From assembly GCF_036971445.1 (NCBI RefSeq), contig NC_091478.1, positions 63,240,001-63,304,000 of the forward strand: a stretch of DNA of 64,000 bases, written 5' to 3'. The notes under the pieces are model-generated. The model was not told the origin of the DNA. It worked only from the letters and a program-made list of their open reading frames with translations, and made no database searches. Positions 26,490 through 38,100 of the stretch are shown in pieces (position 1 is the first letter of the stretch; each line of letters opens with the position of its first letter). A program made the translations under genes and the position numbers. This DNA is from Narcine bancroftii. Lineage: Eukaryota.

Positions 26490-27290
26490 GAGAGCATGGA
26501 AATCTACAGCATAGAACATGTCCTTCGGCTCACAGTGTTGCGCAGCATTGTGAATAACTGCCTCCCCTAAACAACTGCCTAGAATTTCCCTACTGCTTAA
26601 CTTTCCTTTTCTTCTCAGTTTCTTAAAAGATTCGCTAGTACATGCCTCCAACACCGTTCTGACAGTGTTGAAAAAAAACACCTCTTATATCCCCCATACC
26701 CCCCCCCCCCACTGACTTCCAAACACCTTAAAACCAGACCCCATCCTGTTAGGCATTTCAGCTCTGGGGGCGGGAACCCTCTGGCCATCCATCCACACAA
26801 TAAATGCCGTTCATCATCGTACCTACGGCTATCAGGTCAACCGTCACTCTACATTGCTCCAAGAAGAAAATACCAACTTCCCTCAATTTATCCTCATAAA
26901 ACATGCTTTCCAATCAAGGAAGCATCCTTGTAAATCTCCTCTGCGTCCTGTAGTGAGGTGGCCAGAACTGAACACAATATTCCAAGTGGCATCTAACATC
27001 TTATTCAGCTGCATCATTATCTCACAACTCCTGAACTCGACCAACAGGGTATTTTCTCATTGGAGCAATGTTGAGCGAGGGTTGGCCTGATCAACCCATG
27101 CAACAGCAGCCATGAGCATTCTTTGAACATGGACTCCGAGATCGCTCAGTTCTTCCACACTGCTTAACATTAACTCTGCTTTCAAACTTGACCTACCGAA
27201 ACTAACCTCTTTACACTTTTCTGGTTAAACTCTACCTGCCACTTCTCAGTCCATCTTGGCATCTTATCAATGTCTATCTGTAATCTTGAT
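26490..27290 (-). mobile_element. Degenerate CR1 fragment
   Basis: atagaacat tail, ccagaactgaacacaatattccaagtg, RLQIDID...W.EKWQVEFN. Confidence 0.7.
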
Positions 27291-27369
27291 GGGGAATTAA
27301 AGGCAACACAATATTCGGTGGTATTCCTGCAGATTGGAGCGCAAGCGCTCATCGAAGCAATCACCCAGT

Positions 27370-27790
27370 CTGCTATTCATTTTTCCGGCAGAGAGGAGGC
27401 TACGCTGTGGCACTGAATGAATGAAGAACAGTGTTCGAGACTGGAAGAAGTGTAAGTGAATCGTTGTCTCAACTGGAAGGACAACTTGTGTCCCTGGATG
27501 TTCGAAAGGAATAGTTGATATGACAAGTGTGAGCGGGAAAGTGGCATAGGTGGGAATGGCATAGTGAGCAGAAAGTCGCGAAGTGAATCATCCCAATGAA
27601 ATGCGGAAACGAGGTGGGTCAGGATGGGTCTGATACTGGAAACATGTTGAACCTGTGGGAAATTGCGAATAATTAACCACAGAATGAGTAAAACACCAAA
27701 ATGCTGGAAGAACTCAGCAGGTCTCGCAGCGTCCACAGGAGGTAAAGATGTATTACCGACGTTTCGGGTCCGAACCCTTCCTCAAGGTAC
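27370..27790 (-). mobile_element. Penelope-like fragment with pLTR
   Basis: SFQLRQRFTYTSS (GIY-YIG region), and pLTR aaatgctggaagaactcagcaggtc. Confidence 0.75.
27754..27789 (-). ncRNA. Minimal type-I hammerhead-ribozyme-like motif of a Penelope pLTR
   Basis: Minus strand reads TACC-TTGAGGA-A-GGGT-TCGG-ACCC-GAA-AC-GTC-GGTA: stem I TACC/GGTA, core UUGAGGA (C3U variant), 4-bp stem II, palindromic ACGT stem III. Confidence 0.55.
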
Positions 27791-28150
27791 GTTTCATGCA
27801 GAATATATGTTTGTGCGTCTGCCTTTCTGTTTCTGTGCCCCTTTTTATGTCATCCAATTGTTATTCAGATGGGGAAAACATAATCACTTGAAAGAAATCA
27901 CCATTTTAATTTTCTGTTTGTAATTCACCTTCACGATTTTTAAAATCTTTTTATTTTCAAAAGAGCTCAATTCACCTTTAAACCAATGACCGGCCACTAA
28001 TTCATTTGTAGCTCCAACTAACAGTGGAGAATCACGAACCCACTTTTAACATAATGGGAACACACTATGATTAAGGATTGCGTCCCTCTCAAACAATCAT
28101 TTTGCAGACTACGCTCAAAAAAAAATTAAGCGTATTGCTTAAGTTACGGA

Positions 28151-28883
28151 CAGGAAGTGCAATTTAAGCAACTTACTTGCAAGTAAATATTTCGAAAGTT
28201 GTTCACCTATGTCTGTGTTTCGATTCCGATGCGTACATATTCTAAAGAAAAAAACAAAATGTAGAAATCATCTAAATGTCAGACAAAATACAGTTTTAAA
28301 TGTGTAAACCTTTCTCTGGCAACGTCGGGCGGTGAAGAGTCATGCAAACAAACAATTCCCGGATTTAGAACGTCGAGAAAAGTAGGAATGCTGTTGTCAG
28401 GAATCTTGAGGAGTGAACTATGAGCATAAAACATCTGGGATGGCCGACGTTTTACTGATCAAAGAAAGGAATAATTGTGAAAATGAGGTCTGCGATGAAC
28501 TCAAGAGAAGACGGTCTACAGATCACTGGTCCGAGATTCCTTAAGGTGAGATGGATGTAAAAATGCATATTCGAACCGTACTTTTATGCATAGAAAGGCA
28601 TGTAAGTTTGTCAATTATTTTTAAGCTATATCTTCCGTGCATTATTGAAGCGAGTTATAGGCTAGCTCCGTCCTGTCATAACCAAAGGTTTGTATTAATC
28701 ACCTCGATCGTAGTTGAAGGCGGCGTACCGGTAGGAAAATCGCTCTGAGTTTGGATAACCCAACTTCACAGACAGGAAAATAGGAAACTAATCTTCCGAA
28801 TGAGCCGACTCGACTTGATTGAAATCTGTATTCGCTTGCACCATATTTGGCATTCCTCCGTAATGGTCGTTCCGTGTGTGGTT
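28151..28883 (+). promoter_or_regulatory. Candidate proximal promoter / 5'UTR region (Ets CAGGAAGTG 28151-28159, GTAAGT donor at about 28602, RUNX TGTGGTT 28877-28883)
   Basis: Motif matches within 1 kb upstream of the leader exon. Short motifs only, no transcript data. Confidence 0.3.
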
Positions 28884-29087
28884 ATCCGGAAACGTTTCAA
28901 GCCGATTAGTGTTGGTTTGATTGAAACACACAAACATAAATGTCATCTTGAACTTGGTAGGTGGACAAAGAGAACCAGAAATGCATCGCGGTGCAATAAT
29001 CATGTGATAGACCACATCAGGGTCATACTGCCTCAAATTTCCGATGAAATCTGATTTTTTTCAACCCAAGTTACTCTCGTTTGCGAT

Positions 29088-29142
29088 ATGTTGTTCAAAG
29101 CAGTAATTCGGTACATGTCTCTTTTGGTTGTGATTTGGCAAG
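29088..29142 (+). CDS. Exon: signal peptide MLFKAVIRYMSLLVVIWQ
   Basis: ATG at 29088, hydrophobic core, donor CAAG|GTACGA at 29142/29143 (phase 1). An upstream acceptor ttttttcaacccaag| at 29070 suggests 5'UTR exons further upstream. Confidence 0.8.
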
Positions 29143-32100
29143 GTACGATCAATTTAGCAGCCACTTTGACGGCGTCAATCCGATTGCACCATATTCTACG
29201 TTCGAATGCGATTCCCATTCTCTTGCCCTTGATCCTTCGAGGTTTTGTACTCGGCGTCTCTTGGTCCGGTGTGTGCATTTGTTTTTATCGTCCTTACTTT
29301 TTCCCAGCAGCCAAAGCAACTTCGAACAAGGTGGAACAATTCGATCGGGTTGTGAAAGTTTCCAAAGGTGGAAATGTAACGATGTACTGCAAGTATAAAC
29401 TATTACAAGATATTGCTGACGTTTCCTGGTGGAAAGAGGGTGAGAAAACATTCATAGAGCCAGACAGCAAAACTCAATTTCGGGAAAACAGGGCTATGAG
29501 TACATTTACGCTCCTGAACGCTAGTGTCGCAGATATCGGGATGTATTATTGTCAAGTGAAGCATCGGCAACAAATAATCGGAAATGGAAGCGGCTCCCAG
29601 CTTATTGTGTTAAGTGAGTGGCTTTGTTTTGGGAAGTGTTTTGGGATATCAGTAAATCTCACAGATCGGTTTGATTTAAAATGTTATAAACTGGCTTAAT
29701 ACAGATGTTAACTCATTCGTTTCAGGCTTCAATAAATGCTTCAGAGGTGGAATCGAGAAATAAAATTACATAAAGTGGGCTGCACGGTTAGAGTAGCGGT
29801 TAGCACAACGCTGTTCAAGCGCCATCGGCCGGGAGCGGGATTCAAAGGAGGTTGTACGTTCTCTCCGTGTCTGCGTGGGTTTTCCCTGTGGGGTTCGATT
29901 TCCTCCCACCGTTCGAAATCCCCCCCCCCAAAAAAAAAGTAACAGGCTGGGCAGCAACTGTGAAGCGAGAAACCGTTTATTCCAACATTATTTCCGTGCT
30001 TCCTTGGATTGTCTTGTCCATTAACATGAACGTGGTGCTGGAATTCGTTGTTGATCATGTTAATTAATGGCACACCAAGCGATTGTTTTGCCTGCACCTC
30101 TTCAAATTCCCAATGCAATACTCTTGCACCGAATTCCGAAAATTGGCAGTTGTTCTTCGGGAGAGCTGAACACTAAGGAACGAGCTCACACTAAACATCC
30201 GAGACTCTCGTTTGTACAAAAGAATGTTGTATATTTATTTTTGTAGATAAAATATTTGTCCTGCATATGTATTGTTTGTCTGTACGCGTGTTATGTCTGG
30301 TTGTGTGTCTGCATGTTTTCCACCAAGGACCGGAGAACCGAGGCTGTGACTTCGGGTTCTACTTGGACAATCAGGTGACAATAAAATTGACTTCCTATGG
30401 GGTTGAAACGCAGATAAACCGCTATGAATTTGAACGCCTTTAAGGGTGAATGTTTCACCCCTATTCTTTGGGTGCCTTTCAGACAACCAAACACTGGTTG
30501 TTGCACTTGTTACTGATGACTTGCCACCAATATTGTCTAAGAAAGATTAAACATTACCTTTATACGAATAAATGTTGGGGGGCGGGGATTTTACCTGAAA
30601 TTATACTTTACTACCTTTTTAAAAAAAAATTAGATCCGTGAATATATCGTGAACAACAATTCTAGTTGTGCGACTGGGAATAAAAGCTAAGGACCTCGAT
30701 AGCAATCCCAATACAATGACATGCTACCCTGCGATGACAGGAAAGTAAAACCAAGTGAAAGAAACGATTGCTTGTGAGGGCATTTTGCAATACATCGGCA
30801 AAACAAGCTCACGATCGATTCAATTTCTGGATAAATACCAGCCGTGTCCTGAGCACAAACTCTTCCCTCTTATAAAACATCCAACTGATGAGCACTGAGC
30901 TGTCCGCCGAAAAACAGGGTTTTTTTTTTAATTTAATTCTGAAGTTAGACATGCAGAACGTTAACAAGTCCTTCTGGCCTATGTGCCGGTGCTGTCCAAA
31001 TACCCGAATCAACCTTAACCCCCGTACGTTTTCAAGGACACCAGAACACCCGGAAGGAATACCCGCAGACGCGGGGAGAGCGAAAACTCCTTAAAGGCAG
31101 CTCCAGATTCGAAGCTGGCGCTGTCACAGTCTTGAGCTAATCGTTACTCGAACCGTCCCGCGATGCCGCTTGCTCCGTGTGTGCTTCTCCCGAACATCAA
31201 CTCCTGTCGTTGGTATAGATCTGCCGATTCGCTGTTGCCCATTTTACTCTGGTGATCAAGTGCACAAAACAAGGGGGGAAATGGAGAGAAGAAATGCCCA
31301 GTGTAAAAGCAAACACAACAATCTACTCTCAAATATCGCTGCTCTACCAATCTGTCATGTCCATTAAGAACAATCACGTTTTCCTCGCCGTCGGCAGCGG
31401 AAAGATTCTGCCTCCTTGCGCTTGATTTCAATTCTTCTTTCTATCTAAGGGGGAAAGAACACCTAAATTAATGTATGATTCAGGGGTCTCCACGCGTCCG
31501 GGGACATTCATGTGGTACCAGGAGAAAGATATCATTCGATGGAGAATTCTTGCAATGAAATAGATCAAAAACATTCATGTTCGCATTCTTCTCTCTGTCG
31601 CAGCTCCCCCAACTCCCCTGAACATTGTTCCTGTTGAAACGACTTCACCGCATTCTCGGAAACTCGCGTGTAAAACGGCTCCATTTTATCCGGAGGAATT
31701 AGAAATCATCTGGCGAAGAAATAACATGGACATTCGGACCGGAGTAGAAACTGAGACACGGACGACTGCGGAAGGATTTTATGAGGCTTCGAGTGTTTTG
31801 GAAGATTCGCAGCTTGCGCTGGGCAGAGCTGTTTACACCTGCCTCGTGTCACATGAGGCTCTTACAATGCCTGCCAGCTTCTCCTACGTTTTCGAGCAAG
31901 GTAAGGTTTTAAAGCAATTTACTGGACAGTTGTCTAGACTCGAAAAAGAGAAATGTTAATAGTTTCCATTAAAAATGTTTTATGCTCAACAGCTAATACG
32001 TATTTGCATCCTGAAATGTGCTAAAAGAAGACCAGTAATTTATATTCTGCCTGCCACAAGAGGGGAAAAATGCAAACAAGAGCAAAAAAAGTCACGAGGA

Positions 32101-35100
32101 AATATTAGAGCAGATGCCCAGATACTTGGACCTTGAGGAAGACTTTAAGATTTTTTTTCAGGAGAAATATTAAATCTGACATTAGATTAAAAGGGTGCCA
32201 AACATGACACCGTGAGAGAAAGGCGTAACACGGCAGTATGAACGAAGCAACCTTAGCACAAGAGGAGAGTAGGGAGCGGAGACACAGCGCTCCCGCGGGG
32301 GTCCAACTGTCCAACTGCGTCAACTCCATCCAGGATTTAAATGCCCTGTTTCTGCCACCGCGGGGTCTACGCCCAAGATAGAAACGCCTATGATCGGCAG
32401 ACTCTGGGGAAGCAGAGGAATGACGCAGGACACCAGAAAACGGGGAGACCACCACCCTCCCTTCCCCCCACCCCGCCCCCCCCCCCCACCACCACCACCA
32501 CTCACCACGTTTGAGAAGCAGCAGAGGAGACGTGGGGGCGGCCCAGTGAGGAGATCTGCAGCTGAAGTACGCACAGGCGGCGGGCAGCTGGAGACTGGCT
32601 GAAGGGGAACCAAGTGTTAGAAGCGGAATGCGAGAGGATGCTGAGGGCGCTGAAGGTTTCCTGGCCCTGTTGTAGGTTTGGATCTGGAGCTTGGGTTGCT
32701 GATGTTTGGACTGGACTCTCTGTGGCTGAGGCAGCGCTAGAGGTGAACCCACCACGCTCGGTGACTCTGAGGGCAATTTCGGCCCATGGTGAATCTGTTT
32801 ACCTGATGGCAGACGAAAGTAAATTCCGTGCAATATTGCGCTGTTTTTATTACATTACAATAAATGAATCTAGGAAAACGCTAAATAATGACAATTTATT
32901 CAAATCCAAATCAAAGCGAAAGACTTGGACCTGGTACTGGATCCTGCGCAGTCTAATCTCATGAAGTTTTCCACTCCTATCAAACATGTTCTTATATCGT
33001 CGCAAACCAAACACTTTCCTTCATTCAGTTTGCTGTTAGTTTTTATGTATTTCTAAGATGAACAAGCAAATAGTTTGCCAATGGAACATGATGTGAAGAA
33101 ATATGTAAGTATTATTTCCGTCGAAGAATCAGAAAGTTTACACCGTTTCTGACTGTTAATTTAGTGCCAGCCGTGAAGGTTAACGTGCAAAAACAGCATG
33201 TCGTTATCAGCAAAAGTACTCCGTAAATTGTAAATACTGTCAGAGAATTTTAGTGTGAAAAGGACAACTGGAGCTTATTGAGATGAATACGAGTTGACTG
33301 TCCAGTGTTGGTCTAATATAGAATGGTAGATTGCCTGAAGATGATGAAGCAGAATGTCCAAAGATTGATTCCAAGGAAAGGGAGTGGGAAAGGGAGGGAG
33401 ACACAAAGACAGACCTAGGGGGAAAGGGACATGGGGATATGGAAAGAGAGAGAGAGACAGGGTGAGCTGGAGAGGGATGAAACTGGAGGCTGGTTCATGA
33501 CATCTGGTTGGATGGTGCCCTGATGGCATTAATATAACAAATTTCATATTCTTTCTGAGTACTCCCCAACCATAGAAGTCTGGAATCATAGAACATTTCA
33601 GCATAGAAATGGGCCCTTTTGGCAATTCTCATCTGTAAAGAACCATTTTTTCCTGCCTAGTCCCACTGACCCGTGATCAGTCCATAGCCCTCCCATCCAT
33701 GTACCTGTCCAAATTCTTCTTAAATGTTAAAATTGAGCCCACATTCAACACTTCAGCTATCACTCATTTCACACTCCCACATTTCTCTGTGTGAAGAGGT
33801 TCCCCTAAACTTTTCCCCTTTCACCCTTTACCCATGTCCTCTGGTTTGATTCTCACCAACCCTCAGTGGAAAAAGCCCATCTACATTTACTCTGTTTATA
33901 CCCCTCATAACTTTAAATATCTCTATCAAGTCTCCCCTCATTCTTCTTCTCTCCAGGGAATAAAGACCAAACCTATTTAACTTTCCCCTGTAACTCAATT
34001 CCTTAACTCCAGGCAACATCCTAATAAATCTTCTCTGCACTCTTTCTTTCTTATTGGATATCTTTCCTGTAGTTAGGTGACCAAAAGTGCACAGTATACT
34101 CCATATATGGCCATAAACAACTGTAACATAACATCCCAGCTCCAAGACTCAATACTTCCATTTTTGAAGGCCTATTTGCAAAAGCTCTCTTTACAAGCTT
34201 ATCCACCTGTGAAACCACTTTCAGGGAATTATGTATTTGTATTCCCTGATCCCTCTGTTCTTCTGCACTCTCCAGTGCCATACTATTTACTGTGTATGTC
34301 CTTTCTTGGTGTGACCTTCCAAAATGCAACACTTCACCCTTGTCTACATTAAATTCCATCTGTTATTTTCACCCCATTTATTTGCAGCTGGTCTAGATCC
34401 CTGTGCAAGCTTTGAAAACATTCTTTGCTGTCCACAACACCTCAAATCTTAGTGTTACCTTCAACCACATTATCATCCAGATCATTGATATAGATGACAA
34501 CCAACATTTGGCCCCAGCACCGTTCCCTGAGGCATACCACTAGCCACTGCCTCAAAAGTGAGAAGCATCATCCACCACTACTCTCTGGCTTCATCCGTCC
34601 AACCATTGTCAAATCCAGTTTACTAATTCACCATGAATACCTAGTATCTGAAACTTCCTGACAAACCTCCCATCCGGGATCTTTTCAAAGGCGATGTAGA
34701 AAATATCCACACCCTTTCCTTGCCTGGTAACTGCCTCAAAAAAAAACTGTAAGATTGGTTAAACACGACCGCACACACAAAGCTACGTTGACTACCCCTA
34801 ATCTGTTCCTGGCAATCCAAGTAATTATATATATGATCTGTTAAAACACCTTCCAATTATATATCTACTACTGACACCAAGCTCACCAGCCTATGATTTC
34901 CAGAGTTACTTTTGGAACCTTTTATAGACAACAGAACCATGTGAGCTCCCCTCCAATACCTGAGGCTAAGAATATTTTAAATATTCCAGCCACGGCCCCT
35001 ACAATTTCTACACTAGCCTCCCACAAACTCCAAATGAATATCTTGAAGGCCCTGAGGATTTGTCCACCCTTATTTGCTTTAAGACAGCAAGCACCTCCTC

Positions 35101-38100
35101 CTCTTTGATCTATATAGGTTCCATGGTCTCATTGCTTGTTTTCCTGACATCCCACAACTCTGTGCGCTTTTCCGTAGTGAATGCCAATGAAAAATAACCA
35201 TCTCTTTAACTCCATACAAATCTGGTCACTCTGACCTTCAGGGGGAACAATTTTGTCCTTTACTATACCTTTGCCCTTAGAATTTTCCTTCACACTGTCG
35301 GCCAAAGCAACCTCATGTCTCTTTTTACCTTCTTGGTTTCTTTCTTGAGGTTTTTCTTGCATTTAACTGTTATTCACCTCTCTCCTTCCGAACCTGATCC
35401 CCAATATCCCTCTATAACCAAGGTTCCCTGTGCCTTCTAACCTTGCCTTTGATCCTGACAGTAAAATACAAACTGTACTCTCAATATTTCACATTTGAAG
35501 GCCGTCCTTTTCATACATCCCTGAATACAACATATCCCAGACCATGCATTCTGGATCCTTTCTCATTTCCTCAAAATTGGCCTTTCTCAAATTTAGAATC
35601 TCAACCCGAGGCCCAGATTTATCCTTCTCCATAATTATCTTGAAACTAATGGTATTATGATCACTGGACCCAAAATATTCCCCTACACATACAGTACTTC
35701 TGTCACCTATCCTGTCTCATTTCCTAATAGGAGATCCAGTATTGCACTCTCTCTCATTACTACCTTTATATATTGATTTAAAAAACGTTCCTGAACACAT
35801 TTGACAAACTCAAAGCCATCCAACCCTTTAAAAGAATAGGATACCCAGTCAATATGTGGAAAGTTAAAATCTCCTACTATCACAACCTTATGTTTCTAGC
35901 AGCTGTCAGTTACCTCTCTACAGATTTGCACCTCCAATTATTGGATGGTCTATAATATATTTCCCATTCCTCAACTCCACCCAAAAAGCCTCAGTAAAGG
36001 AGCTCTCCGGTCTGTCCTGCCTGAGCACAACTGTGATATTTTCCTTGATGTGCAATGCCACTCCTCCTCTTTCATCCCCCTCATTCTATCGTGTCTAAAG
36101 CAACGGAAGCCCAGAACATTGAGCTCCCAGTCCTATCCTCCTGCAAGCAAGCTTCACTAATGGCCATTATTCCATGTTCATAACGTCATCACCACCTCAT
36201 ATTACATCTGTGCACCTTCTAACCAGATGGGATTAACATCAATTTCTTCACGTCCCGTTTGTTCCCCACCATCCCTCTCATTCCCTATCCTTATATCTTT
36301 CTTTCTTTCTCTCATTCTCTTTACCTGCCTTTTCATCTGTCTCCTTTCCTCCACATAGCCACACTCCAATAAATTTGTCCCAATAAATTCTCATATTTGC
36401 TCTCCTATTGTCCTGTCCATGTCCTTCTGCTTGTTGGACCGTTGCCCTTTTATTTAAATGCCTGCCTGCACTTTCCTCATCCATTGGCGAATGGCTCAGG
36501 CTCACAGCCTTGATTGTATATCTTTTCCACTTATGGATGCTGGGAGACCTAATAAGTTGCTCCAGCATTTTGGTGTTTTAGTTAAAAAAAAGATAATTTC
36601 TCTGAGGTCATTGTGTTTCTGACATACATCCCCAGGAAATGTAATACGTGACTCTTTCCTCCAGCAAAAAGTGGGATTATAATTGGGACAGTGGTCTTCT
36701 CTCCAAATTGCAGATGGGGAGAAACCTCTTGCTGGGATATTTATGAACCCTCATCAGATTATACTAGTAGTATATTCGATACTGAAATTGTAAGGTCTGT
36801 GGACATGAAAAGAATCAAAGAGTCTGAAAGCCAAGCCTGAAAGTGGACTTTGCAGAGAATCATCTCGAGTTGAGGCAAAATTGTTAAGCTCGATAGTTGC
36901 CAAATGCTTCATTTATTCATACTTGAGATAAAAGTCCTTTCATTCTTCTGGATGTTGTTTTAACATAGAAATCATTTAAATTTCATTTTTTGCTCCATCT
37001 TTTGTTTCCTGCACCCTTAAGGCTGAGATTCTGCTGTTATTTGTTCCACAACTTAGTCATGATATACTCCACTACCTAAACAGAGAGGCTCTCTGAGTCA
37101 TTCTGAGACATTATGGATGCCCAAGGAAATTCATAAAGATAATTCAGCTGCTCCCAATGGAATGATAGGACAGGTCGTCTGCCTTGGTGATACATCAGCT
37201 CTATTTACCATTTCTAATGGGGTGAAGCATGGCTGTGTACTAGCCACAGTCTTATTCAATCTGTTCTTCACTTACATGTTGTCATGTGGTGTCCAAGGTC
37301 TGGAGGAGGGAGTGTACATCAGGTACCAACTGGACAGCTCTCTCTTTGACCTTCGCCACTTGACTGCATGGACAAAGCACCTCTACATTATCATTCAAGA
37401 AACACATTTTGCTGATGACTGTACACTCTGCATACAAAGACAGAGATCTGCAGTTAATACTGAACAAATTCTCAGATGCTGCTATGCTCTTTCGCCTGAC
37501 CATCAACTTGAACAAGTCTGAAGTACTCCTTCAGTCCGTGCCAAACCCCAACATCATAGAACCAAAAATGACTGCAGATGACACTCAGCTGACCAATGTA
37601 AAAAGCTTCAAATACTTGGGTTCAACTCGAATGATGGGTCTTTGGACAAAGAAATTGTCTCCAGGATTCGAAAGGCTAGCCAGGCTCTGGGGTGGCTGTG
37701 TACTGGAGTGCTCAATCAACACAATGTCCACATCTCCACAAGATGAAAGTTTACATAGCAGTGGTCATCCCTTCTCTCTTCTTTTTTCTAATTTTTTTTA
37801 TTTTTCACACTATAAACCACATTGATCAAGATACATACATTTTCCTTTTCAAATATATACAGTGTCATTTTCTTCCCCCCCCCCCCCCCTCCCTCTTCCC
37901 CTCCCGCCCTCCCTACCTCCCCTCCCATTCATTTAAAGTTCAGAATCTAAGAGACATTAAACCCGTCAAACAATGTTGTCACTCAATTTAAATAAACAAG
38001 AAATTCCATTGAGTCAGTTCTTTTCATTCTCTTTTCCTTCTGTCATTTTAGGTGGTAGATGTCCCCGGTAGGTTTTCTCTATTATGTTTCATGTATGGCT

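Noticed and set aside
29088-29699. 203-aa single ORF as the full protein
   Set aside because: It reads through intron 1 and past the V donor. Splice signals and the downstream C1, TM and ITIM exons show a multi-exon gene.
29614-29700. Rearranging V segment with RSS
   Set aside because: No CACAGTG heptamer or nonamer follows the V, the J-like strand is already fused, and the exon ends in a splice donor.
32105-32833. 242-aa minus-strand ORF
   Set aside because: Low complexity, no recognisable domain or splice context; probably a repeat-derived GC-rich segment.
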